Shown here piece by piece: positions 9,771-17,937 of a stretch of DNA of 25,769 nt (position 1 is its first letter; the number at the start of each line of letters is the position of its first letter). Position numbers and translations under genes: made by a program. The notes under the pieces are model-generated. The model did not search any database. It was not told the origin of the DNA and saw nothing but the letters and a program-made list of their open reading frames with translations. Origin of the DNA: a virus. Lineage: Duplodnaviria; Caudoviricetes. Location: positions 1 to 25,769 of IMG/VR virus record IMGVR_UViG_3300018079_000036. One strand, written 5' to 3'.

Positions 9771-10961
9771 CTACGAAGTTCTGCGGTGCCAGGCGATCGC
9801 TCGAACGTTCGTCGGGTGTCCGTCGAAGCGTTCGGTATAGCGGAAGCCTACTTGACCAGTACCAGCGTAGAGCTCAATCAAGCGCTGAATAGTCGGAGGC
9901 ATGAACGACGCGACTTCGTAAGTCGCGAAGTCACCGAACAAGAGGACTTTGCTCCCGTTCGCGTGAGTGGGCATGTTGTCGTCTTCGTAGATCGGCTTTC
10001 CCATCAACCGATCCGGTTCTCCCGGCTGGAGAGACAGAGTCCAGTACGGGCTCGCGTTATCCGCAACAGAGAGAGCACGGATAGCGGACAGAGCGGTGCT
10101 GTGTCCGACCCAAGATCCGTTCATGCGGAAGGCTTGAGGAACGGAGAACATCAGGCTGTTCAGGACGGTTGCGGAAATCGCGCCACCTGTAGAACCCTCG
10201 GTACAAGAGGTCAGGATACCCTCCGGTTGGCTAGAGCCAGTACCAGAGAGGAAGAGTCGGGACTTCTCGATTCCGGCACCTTGACCCAGCTTGCGAGCCA
10301 GGAATGTGTCCAGGCTTACGACGGAGTCCATGACCAGTTCCTCGGATACCTTGACGATTCGGCCGAGTTTGAACGGTGAGAACGTGATCAGGTTGGTAGT
10401 CGCTCCGACCTCCAAGTAGGAACCCACTTCGGCTACACCAGATACGGTGGGTCGATTGGTTTCTCGGGCAATTTGGAAGGGTCGGGAAGCAGCGTACTCG
10501 GTTACAAGGAAGTTGACCCCGAGCGCGGCGTCTTCGTATTCGGCAACCCGGTTGAGCAATTCATCCGGCACCAGGTACCCACCGTCGGTGAGAGAGCCTA
10601 CGCTCATGGCCCGGAACTCGACCATCTTGGATTCGCTGCCAGTGCGGAGCATGTGATCGAAGGCTTCCCGGTACTCGGCAGTCGAAGTAAAGGAAGCGGT
10701 AGTGCGTTCTCCCACCTCAGGTCGAGCGATGGAACGAACTACGGAGTTGAGTTCCTTCTCGGTAGCAGTTTCAGCGGCTTGGCGATCGGCTCTCTGCTTC
10801 AGAGAGTCCATGTCCTTCATTCCCTGATCCCAGTGGCTTTGTTCCTCCGCGGTCAGGTCGCGGTTCTCTGCTTCTGCGTTCTGGCGGACTTCCTTCATCC
10901 GCTCAAAGATCCTTGCTCGCTCTTGGAGCAAGTCCTTCTGTTCATGTAATGGTGTTGGCAT
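9771..10961 (-). CDS. Major capsid protein, HK97 fold, with N-terminal coiled-coil delta domain
   Basis: RDLTAEE delta domain; DGGYLVP, VSEELVMDS, GTGSSQPEGIL, LFGDF, LIELYAGTGQVGF motifs; RBS AAGGAG. Confidence 0.97.
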   Translation of the reverse strand: MPTPLHEQKDLLQERARIFERMKEVRQNAEAENRDLTAEEQSHWDQGMKDMDSLKQRADRQAAETATEKELNSVVRSIARPEVGERTTASFTSTAEYREAFDHMLRTGSESKMVEFRAMSVGSLTDGGYLVPDELLNRVAEYEDAALGVNFLVTEYAASRPFQIARETNRPTVSGVAEVGSYLEVGATTNLITFSPFKLGRIVKVSEELVMDSVVSLDTFLARKLGQGAGIEKSRLFLSGTGSSQPEGILTSCTEGSTGGAISATVLNSLMFSVPQAFRMNGSWVGHSTALSAIRALSVADNASPYWTLSLQPGEPDRLMGKPIYEDDNMPTHANGSKVLLFGDFATYEVASFMPPTIQRLIELYAGTGQVGFRYTERFDGHPTNVRAIAWHRRTS

Positions 10962-10986
10962 GTGTTTATCTCCTTTTGCGTTGATT

Positions 10987-11084
10987 CAGGATTCCCGGTC
11001 GCTCTGTCATTTGGCTGAGGCTCCGACGAGCCCTATTCCGAACCAACGCTCGGAGATAGACACAGACAGAGCAGGGAGAACCTG
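10987..11084 (-). promoter_or_regulatory. Putative structured RNA element upstream of the capsid gene
   Basis: Nested complementary segments CAGG/CCTG, GCTCTGTC/GACAGAGC, TCCGAGC/GTTCGGA and GGCTC/GAGCC fill the 131-bp intergenic region. Confidence 0.55.
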
Positions 11085-11092
11085 CTTGGGCT

Positions 11093-11719
11093 CTACTGGC
11101 GGTAGATCAGTTCTAGATCGCGTAGAGCGATACGATGGGGGCGCGACCAATCGACGGATTCGACCTGGCTCGCGCGGACAGCTTCCACCCGGGAGCGAAG
11201 CTCAGCGGAAGTCTCTTCGTAGGCGGGGAAAATGACGGGAGAAATTTCGATCAAGTCCACGTCAAAGATCTCCCGGACGATCCTTCCGTCTTGATCCTTC
11301 CGCATCTCGTCCTTGCGAGTGATGAAGCCAAAGGACATGGCGTCCACGTCCCCACGTTCGATCGCGGAGCGCGCATCTTGTCCCGTAGGAGAATCCGGGA
11401 GAATCAACTCGAAGCGCAGTCCCTTTGCGTCCTCTTCAAGGGAAAGGGTGTTGGCCTTCGCGCGTCCGAGGATGAAATCCAAGTTGTGGTTCCAGAAGGC
11501 GCGAACGTCGGGGTTCTCTCGGAGTGTCCGCGTGAAGGCTCCGGGGCGGATGATTTCAACGAAGTCCGGTGTTGCTGTGGCGCTTGGAGAGTCAAAGATT
11601 GACGCATAACCGACTACCGTCGCGGAAGTTGGAGCTTCTGGGTCTGGGTTAGCGGCTCGTATCGCTATCTGCGCGGCGACGCATCTACGTTCAATTGTTG
11701 GGTATGGTGGTTTGGTCAT
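11093..11719 (-). CDS. HK97-family prohead protease (peptidase S78)
   Basis: GYASIFDS, EIIRPGAF, WNH (catalytic His), MSFGF (catalytic Ser), LIEISPVIFPAY. Confidence 0.96.
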   Translation of the reverse strand: MTKPPYPTIERRCVAAQIAIRAANPDPEAPTSATVVGYASIFDSPSATATPDFVEIIRPGAFTRTLRENPDVRAFWNHNLDFILGRAKANTLSLEEDAKGLRFELILPDSPTGQDARSAIERGDVDAMSFGFITRKDEMRKDQDGRIVREIFDVDLIEISPVIFPAYEETSAELRSRVEAVRASQVESVDWSRPHRIALRDLELIYRQ

Positions 11720-11732
11720 GTGGATACCTCGT

Positions 11733-13805
11733 TTAGGCTGGGCTGACCCAGCAATCGCAAGACTGGTGATAGGGCGGATTCTTGTAGTTGATGTTGGCTC
11801 TCATTGGAGGCAAACCCTCCGGCTCAATCGTGTCTCCCCCGGAGAGAAAGGCGTCTCCGACCCCTACCACTTTTCCATTTAGTTCATGGCAATACGGGCA
11901 AGAGGACCCTTCGGGAGTGTTGCTGGCTAACTTGGTGAACCCGAGCGCGATGAATGAGGCTCGGGCTATCGCTCCCCCCACTCGATTCGCTTCGTAGGAA
12001 GCAAACTTCTCGGCTCGGTCCTTCTCCCATTCGTCGAGACGTTGGGAGGCTCGAGCCGTGAAGCTGTCGGGATTGGGGTTCTCTTCGAGCAGCGCGCGCA
12101 GTTGAGTACTGGAGTCAGCGATCCACCGCTTGGGAGCCAAAGTGATGACACTCTCCATGAAGTCTCGGAACTTGCGATCGTTGGCAGGAAGCGTCTTGTT
12201 CACCTCCTGGGCTGCGCTCCGGCTGATCTCATCGGCATAGGAGCGGTAGACGGGGGCTAGTACCACCTCTACTTCACGCTGCTGAGCTTCGTAGTATCTC
12301 TCCAGGGAAGAGAGAAGAGCTTCTCGGTTCCCGGGATTCTGGTCGAGTAGCCTACGGACCGCGGGTATCTCGCTCGCGAGGATCGTTCTGGCAACGCCGG
12401 CGAAGTCTTCTTTCCGGTTGTGGGAGAGGGAGACGCGCTCCGGAAGAGCTCGCTTCTCTAATGGGGCAGGGCTGCTCACTTGCTGGTGCTCGTGGCAATC
12501 GTGTTCCCGGTGCTCACTGCGCCCACTATTGCGTCGGAGAACTCCGAGGATCTCGCGGGAGAACTGATCGACTTCTCCAGCCGGAGACATGTTTAGTGGC
12601 GTCCGGAAGGTGTCCCCCCCGTCGAAGCGGTTGAGGTTTTCGCGCTCGCGGACTTCGTTCGGGGTCATCCATCCGTTGTTGAGGGCGATCGCGTAAGCAC
12701 TGAAACGCTCGGTAGTCTTGGTGCGGAGCTTGGCATCAACAAGGAACTCGGGGTAGTAGATCTGTTGTTCCGACGGAGATAGCAGCGTCTTGTGGATCGT
12801 CTGCTCCAGGCTGACGAGCCAGGGTTGTAGAGTGTCCGCGAGGAAGGACAGGGCTTGCTCTTCAATGTTCGAGAACGTCGCTTGCTCTAGGTCTTGGATC
12901 ATGTGCGGCGGCATGCGAAAGAAGCGGGCTACTTCTCTGACTTGGAACTTACGGGTCTCGAGGAACTGGGAATCTTCGGGTGTTATCTGCGTCTTGTTGA
13001 ACTTCATACCCTCTTCGAGAATCATCAGGGAATGAGCATTGCGGGCACCTTGATTCTTCTCCTTGATGGATTCCCGTAAGCGCTTTACGGCTTCATCGGA
13101 GAGTTGGTTCGGATGTTCGAGCCAACCCCCGGGGCTTGCATCGTTTGAAAAGAAGCGACCAGCGTACTCCTCGGTAGCCAGCGCAGTGCCGACAGATTGG
13201 CGCATGTAAGAGATTGGGGAGAGTCCCCAAACTCCGTCGACCGTGCGACCGCGGTAGTGGAACACCTCTACAGGGTCGTAGCTCTCCTCCTTCCCTCCGG
13301 CGCGGATCTTGTAAATTAGGCGCTTGGTCGTGCGGTCGCGCTCGATGCGCACCATGTCGTAGCGAACAGGCCAAAGCGCAACTACTTCCCCGCGTCCGTT
13401 GTACTGGACGAGAGCAAACGCATTTCCGGTCAGCGCTCGTGTCGCGACCATCATTTCCCAGAACTCGTAGGCGGACTGCTCGCTGTTCGGAGCGCGACGG
13501 AGAATCGGATGTAATGGATGGTCTGTCGCTTCCTGGCGCGAGCCGTCGGGTAGGGTGCGATAGAGCTTGAGCGGTAGTCCAGCAACGGACTCGCTCAGCA
13601 CCTTCACGCAGGCATAGACCGCAGCGATGCTCTGCGCTGTTTGTGCGGTGACGTGTTTCTCAGCGTAGATGGGTTCTCGGAAGGTCCAGAGCGGGTCGTT
13701 GCATGGTTCTATCGCCCACTCGGAACGGGTTTCGGTAGATGGAGGCTCGGTAGCCTCGGAGGTTGGTTGCGTTGCTCGCTTGATTTCGAGTCCGAAGAGT
13801 TTCAA
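11733..13805 (-). CDS. HK97-family portal protein with C-terminal MuF/minor-head-like extension (690 aa)
   Basis: AVYACVKVLSESVAGLPL, GNAF, GLSPI, QFLETRKF, FRMPP and TPNEVRERENL within the first ~410 aa, then ~280 aa ending CPYC...PPYHQSCDC. TTG start with RBS GGAGG. Confidence 0.95.
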   Translation of the reverse strand: MKLFGLEIKRATQPTSEATEPPSTETRSEWAIEPCNDPLWTFREPIYAEKHVTAQTAQSIAAVYACVKVLSESVAGLPLKLYRTLPDGSRQEATDHPLHPILRRAPNSEQSAYEFWEMMVATRALTGNAFALVQYNGRGEVVALWPVRYDMVRIERDRTTKRLIYKIRAGGKEESYDPVEVFHYRGRTVDGVWGLSPISYMRQSVGTALATEEYAGRFFSNDASPGGWLEHPNQLSDEAVKRLRESIKEKNQGARNAHSLMILEEGMKFNKTQITPEDSQFLETRKFQVREVARFFRMPPHMIQDLEQATFSNIEEQALSFLADTLQPWLVSLEQTIHKTLLSPSEQQIYYPEFLVDAKLRTKTTERFSAYAIALNNGWMTPNEVRERENLNRFDGGDTFRTPLNMSPAGEVDQFSREILGVLRRNSGRSEHREHDCHEHQQVSSPAPLEKRALPERVSLSHNRKEDFAGVARTILASEIPAVRRLLDQNPGNREALLSSLERYYEAQQREVEVVLAPVYRSYADEISRSAAQEVNKTLPANDRKFRDFMESVITLAPKRWIADSSTQLRALLEENPNPDSFTARASQRLDEWEKDRAEKFASYEANRVGGAIARASFIALGFTKLASNTPEGSSCPYCHELNGKVVGVGDAFLSGGDTIEPEGLPPMRANINYKNPPYHQSCDCWVSPA

Positions 13806-13816
13806 GTTTCCTCCGT

Positions 13817-15370
13817 CTAGAGCAGCAGGATTCCGCGATCTTCATACACGCTGCGTCGTTCGGTCATGTGTGCGGCTGCGCCCCCAAGTGCCATCACTAG
13901 GGCTACGACTCCGTCGATCTTCTCTCGCGATTTCTTCTTGTCCGGTCTCACTCTCCCACCGCCATCAATCTTGACGATCAGACTTGCGATGTTCCAACGC
14001 AGAACCGGGTGTCCGTCATGAGCGATCCGCTTGGATAGGACTTGATGAAGTAGATCCTTCGTTGGAATAGACATGCTCGCGAAGTCTCCCGGGAACTGGA
14101 CCATCTTGATACCTGCGTCTTGGAGGTGGGAAGAGATTCGCACTGCTCCCCAGCGATCGAAGGCTATCTCGCGGATGTTGTAGAGGTCGCGGAGTTGAAG
14201 GATCTTGGCTTCGATCGCGTCGTGATCGATCACGTTCCCTGGCGTGGTGTTGATGAACCCGTCTCGAGCCCAGGATTCGTAAGGGACTTGATCCTTGAGG
14301 CAGCGGTCATGAAGGTTGTCTCCCGGAATCCAAAAGAAGGGGAGAACCTTACCGGTCTCTCCGTCGGAGTTGGGAGGAAAGAAGAGGACGAAGGCAGCGA
14401 GATCAGTCGTGTCGGCAAGATCCAATCCCCCGAAGCAGTCTCTTCCGAGTAAGTCATCGGGGTGGAACTGCTCTCGGCAATGGTCCCACTCAGCAACCGG
14501 GATGTAAGCTGAAGCGGAATCCGTCCATTGATTCAGGTAGAACCGGCGATAGGTATTCTGAAACGCGGGTGAATTCTTGGCGCGTATCACTTCCCGGCGG
14601 TAGAAGTCCTCATCACAAGTCGTTCCGAAGCTCGGGTTAGCCAGCTGGAAGGCTTCGAGCGAGTCCCAAGGAAGTTCCTCCGGCGCTCTCGCGATGAAGT
14701 AAGCGAAGGACGGATCTTGGGTAATCCGTTTGTCGATCTTGTGGATTAGTTCCTCGAACTCCCAGCAAATCGAAGTGCGATCCCAACCAGCGTTGGTCGC
14801 GATCAAGGTCAAGGGTTCTCGACGGGCACCGAAACCCGTGGTCAGCGTCTCGAAAAACTCCCGTCCAACCTCCCCCTGCCAAGCGTGGAGCTCGTCAGCG
14901 ATGATGATGTTGGGTCGGAGCCCGTGCTTGGTTCCCGATTCGTGAGAGAGCGCTCGATAGATTCGCTCTCCGCTCCCGTTGCGCGGGGTGTAGGAGAGGC
15001 AGTCCCGGTAGGTTTTCACTACCGAAGAGAGCCTCTCGTCCTGCTCCACCATGCTCGTGGCAGCACGAAGAATGATCTTGGCTTGCTCCCGGTCGGCAGC
15101 TGCGGAGTAGATTTCGGCAGCGGGTTCGGGATCAACGAGCAGGAAGTAGAGAGCCAGGGCAGCAAGCAGTTCCGACTTCCCTTGTTTCTTGGCTAGACCG
15201 AGGTAGAAGGTCCGGATGCGTCTCCGTCCATCGGGGAGAAGATCGGTGAACAACCGACGGAGTATCTCGCGTTGCCAGGGTAGGAGATTGAAAGGTTGAC
15301 CCCGATGCGAGCTGGTGTGTCGGACGTATTCCCGGATGAAGGCTTCGGCTTTGGTTTCTGGCGAGGTCAT
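13817..15370 (-). CDS. terL: Terminase large subunit (HK97/Terminase_1 family)
   Basis: LLPWQ, Walker A-like KKQGKS, Walker B IIADELH, nuclease GLDLA...D and KIDGVVAL. Confidence 0.97.
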   Translation of the reverse strand: MTSPETKAEAFIREYVRHTSSHRGQPFNLLPWQREILRRLFTDLLPDGRRRIRTFYLGLAKKQGKSELLAALALYFLLVDPEPAAEIYSAAADREQAKIILRAATSMVEQDERLSSVVKTYRDCLSYTPRNGSGERIYRALSHESGTKHGLRPNIIIADELHAWQGEVGREFFETLTTGFGARREPLTLIATNAGWDRTSICWEFEELIHKIDKRITQDPSFAYFIARAPEELPWDSLEAFQLANPSFGTTCDEDFYRREVIRAKNSPAFQNTYRRFYLNQWTDSASAYIPVAEWDHCREQFHPDDLLGRDCFGGLDLADTTDLAAFVLFFPPNSDGETGKVLPFFWIPGDNLHDRCLKDQVPYESWARDGFINTTPGNVIDHDAIEAKILQLRDLYNIREIAFDRWGAVRISSHLQDAGIKMVQFPGDFASMSIPTKDLLHQVLSKRIAHDGHPVLRWNIASLIVKIDGGGRVRPDKKKSREKIDGVVALVMALGGAAAHMTERRSVYEDRGILLL

Positions 15371-15817
15371 CTACTGGAGTAGATCCTCTGTATCCTCCGA
15401 GACTGGAGCGGGTTGCACGGAAAGACGGGCGCGGGAAGCCGGAGTGAATCCGAACTCCTTGGCGATGCGCATCATTTCCGAGAGCGCATCGCGCGCTTGC
15501 GTCACATGGGGTGAGGTCTGAAGCAACCCGTTGGGTGTCGTGATCGTCCGTCCGTGAGCTTCTATCTCCTTGAGCGCTTGCCTCCATTCGGAGTACTTGA
15601 CGCAATAAGCAGCGAGAGCGGTGCGGTCTACCAAGGTCAAAAGACCCAAGCGATGAAGCTCGGGGTAGACCCGCTCCCATTCGTCCAGGGCGATCGAATC
15701 GAGGTAGTCTGGTGGGTCTTGGAGAGGGCTTGCCGGCTGGGGTTCGTCCGGAGTGAGCGGACGATGGCCAGGATTACCCCTCAGGATCTTCAAAGCGGTA
15801 GGAGTAGGTGCGTTCAT
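15371..15817 (-). CDS. terS: Terminase small subunit, P27 family
   Basis: PTALKILRGNPGHRPL, PPDYL, LAAYC, EFGFTPASRARL. Confidence 0.95.
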   Translation of the reverse strand: MNAPTPTALKILRGNPGHRPLTPDEPQPASPLQDPPDYLDSIALDEWERVYPELHRLGLLTLVDRTALAAYCVKYSEWRQALKEIEAHGRTITTPNGLLQTSPHVTQARDALSEMMRIAKEFGFTPASRARLSVQPAPVSEDTEDLLQ

Positions 15818-15885
15818 AGGTGTTTATCCTTTGCGGGGAACTGGGGCTGACCCCCAAGCCTCGGGAACTGCGGGCGTGTGAGAAG

Positions 15886-15949
15886 GACTGGGGCGCGGTC
15901 GCGGCGCATCAAGAGTCATAGAGATTTGATCCCCCTTCCCCCTATAGGG
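15886..15949 (-). other. Candidate cos packaging site
   Basis: Non-coding region upstream of terS; on the minus strand a G-rich tract GGGGGAAGGGGGATCAAATCTCTA is followed by GAC-CGCGCCCCA-GTC. This layout resembles 3'-cos phages. Confidence 0.55.
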
Positions 15950-15986
15950 AGACTGCATGAAGATGCGGAACTCGCAAGGAAACGGA

Positions 15987-16205
15987 TCAAGCCGCTATCG
16001 CGTTGATCTTTGGATCATCTAATCGTTGAATTGCGATCAACTTCCCATAGATCGGATCTTCAACGAAGCCCACCACTCGGGCGATGATGTTGGTTCCCTC
16101 AAGGATTCCCACGCATCCTTGTGAGAACAGCCGTTGGGCCGTGACTTCCCACGCTTCTGCATCCCTAACGGTGCTCTTGATGTTGTACTCATTGATGGGG
16201 CTCAT
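15987..16205 (-). CDS. Hypothetical protein (72 aa)
   Basis: ATG with purine-rich AGGAAGGAAG upstream, same orientation as the phage genes; no recognisable motif. Confidence 0.6.
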   Translation of the reverse strand: MSPINEYNIKSTVRDAEAWEVTAQRLFSQGCVGILEGTNIIARVVGFVEDPIYGKLIAIQRLDDPKINAIAA

Positions 16206-16406
16206 CTACTTCCTTCCTGCTCGTGTGATCGTTTGGTGAGGGGCCCGCGCAGTCAGAGCGGGTGAGGCTCGAGGTCTGCGCAGGCGAACCCTCACCGTGG
16301 TTCCCTCACTCAGTCTGCTCTCGGATTGTTCCCACGGTGAGATGCAGTAGGGTGTATGGCCAGTCGTAGTTGCCTTGCGCCATCGGGGAGGAATTGAAGG
16401 GAAGCG

Positions 16407-17036
16407 ATGGAATCACTACCCGAAGAGATTCGAGAGCTATTCAAGAGCAGGTGGCAAGAGGTGGTTCGCCTTCATGTGCGGTGGATCATGCTCCGCCAGC
16501 TGTTTGATGGGTCTTCCGAGAATGCTCGAATTCTCAAGCACACCGGTTCGTTCTTCTTCGTGACAGTTCGCGCGACGTTCTTCGATTCCATCGTGCTCGC
16601 CATTGCCCGCCTTACGGATAGATCTCGCACGGGCGGCAGAGAGAACGCTTCGTTGGCAATGTTGTCCGAGCGAGTACGCGAGTTGCGCAATGATCCGTTG
16701 GCTGAATCGCTTGATAAGATTCTCTCCGAGATCGAGACCCTTGCTCAGCCATTGAGAGGACTTCGCAATCGGGTTTTGGCTCATTCTGATCTAGCAACTG
16801 CGTTGAAGAACGAGCCCGATCCGGGAATCGCAGCGACGACTCTGGATCAGATCCTGGAGAAGATCAGACGCTTTATGAACCTGATTGAAGGGCACTACTC
16901 CAAGTCGAAATCTCACACCTTTTACGACAAGCCGGCACTCTCCAACGATGCGCGTACACTGCTGCACTACCTGAAGGACGCACTAGCTCAAGAGGACGCG
17001 GAACGCGTACGAAACGGCATGAAGCCGCTTGAGTGA
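16407..17036 (+). CDS. HEPN domain protein, AbiU2-like (putative RNase/abortive infection moron)
   Basis: All-helical; IVLAIARLTD and the HEPN motif LRNRVLAH; opposite orientation to the phage genes. Confidence 0.8.
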   Translation: MESLPEEIRELFKSRWQEVVRLHVRWIMLRQLFDGSSENARILKHTGSFFFVTVRATFFDSIVLAIARLTDRSRTGGRENASLAMLSERVRELRNDPLAESLDKILSEIETLAQPLRGLRNRVLAHSDLATALKNEPDPGIAATTLDQILEKIRRFMNLIEGHYSKSKSHTFYDKPALSNDARTLLHYLKDALAQEDAERVRNGMKPLE

Positions 17037-17037
17037 C

Positions 17038-17937
17038 TCATTGCAGAGCGGTGTATTCGTTCAGTCTAGTGCGAGCTATCTCGACGTAGCTCGCTTCCTT
17101 CTCTATCCCGATCCAGTTCTTGCCCCGGCTCACGGCTGCGAGCCCAGTTGATCCGCTTCCACAAAATGGGTCGAGGGCTGTTCCGTTGTCGGGGACGATG
17201 TATCTCGTCCACCAGTCGCAAAGCTCTTGAGGAGTTCCGGCTCCGTGCCCATAGGCTCCCGCGGAGTCAGTTGATCGTGTATTCGGGAGGGGAAGTAGAT
17301 TGAACGGGGTCACTCTGTTCCCGCGTTCCTTGAGGCTCCGCGCAAAGGACGCAGCGCAAGTAGTGTGTCCCGAGGGATGGCTACGTCGCGTCCAGTCCGC
17401 AGATTGCTCGAGCTTCATCGAAGCTTCAGAGGGCGACCACAGGACTGCATCCTGGTTCCGATAGCAGTCGGGATCTCCGAGCCAAATGCACATCTTGACG
17501 CTTGGGCGCAGGAGCCCGTATCGGGCTTGAACGTGGGTGTTGGGCAGAGCCGCGTTGTTCCACCAGTACACGTCCTGGATCAGGTTCCAGTCCTTGGCTT
17601 GCTCAACCAGGAACTCCCAGACCCAGGTGCGCATGCGTCCTACGTGTTCGGAGTTCGGTTGCAGGATGAAGACCGCGGAGCCCTGGGGCTTGAGAACCCG
17701 TCTGGTCTCTCGCACCACGTCTCGCATGAGTGCGTGCCAATCGGGTTCGGAGAGTCGCCCGTAGTCTCGGCCAATCTCCGCGTAGGGAGGGTCAGTGATC
17801 ACGGCATCAATGCTGGAAGAGTCGATCTCTTGCAGTAGCTCGAGGCAGTCTCCGTGAAGGATCTCAGCTCGTCCGAGTGGAGGAGCGAAGAGCTGATTCT
17901 GGTACGCAGCTACTGGTGGGGGCACCTCTACCACCAC
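17038..17937 (-). CDS. Orphan amino-DNA methyltransferase (N6A/N4C, beta class)
   Basis: Motif IV TDPPY near the N-terminus and motif I DPFCGSGSTG near the C-terminus. Exact start uncertain. Confidence 0.93.
   Translation of the reverse strand: MVVEVPPPVAAYQNQLFAPPLGRAEILHGDCLELLQEIDSSSIDAVITDPPYAEIGRDYGRLSEPDWHALMRDVVRETRRVLKPQGSAVFILQPNSEHVGRMRTWVWEFLVEQAKDWNLIQDVYWWNNAALPNTHVQARYGLLRPSVKMCIWLGDPDCYRNQDAVLWSPSEASMKLEQSADWTRRSHPSGHTTCAASFARSLKERGNRVTPFNLLPLPNTRSTDSAGAYGHGAGTPQELCDWWTRYIVPDNGTALDPFCGSGSTGLAAVSRGKNWIGIEKEASYVEIARTRLNEYTALQ

Noticed and set aside
3048-15850. Plus-strand and alternate-frame ORFs overlapping structural genes
   Set aside because: Antisense or off-frame to well-supported phage genes in GC-rich DNA, with no motifs.
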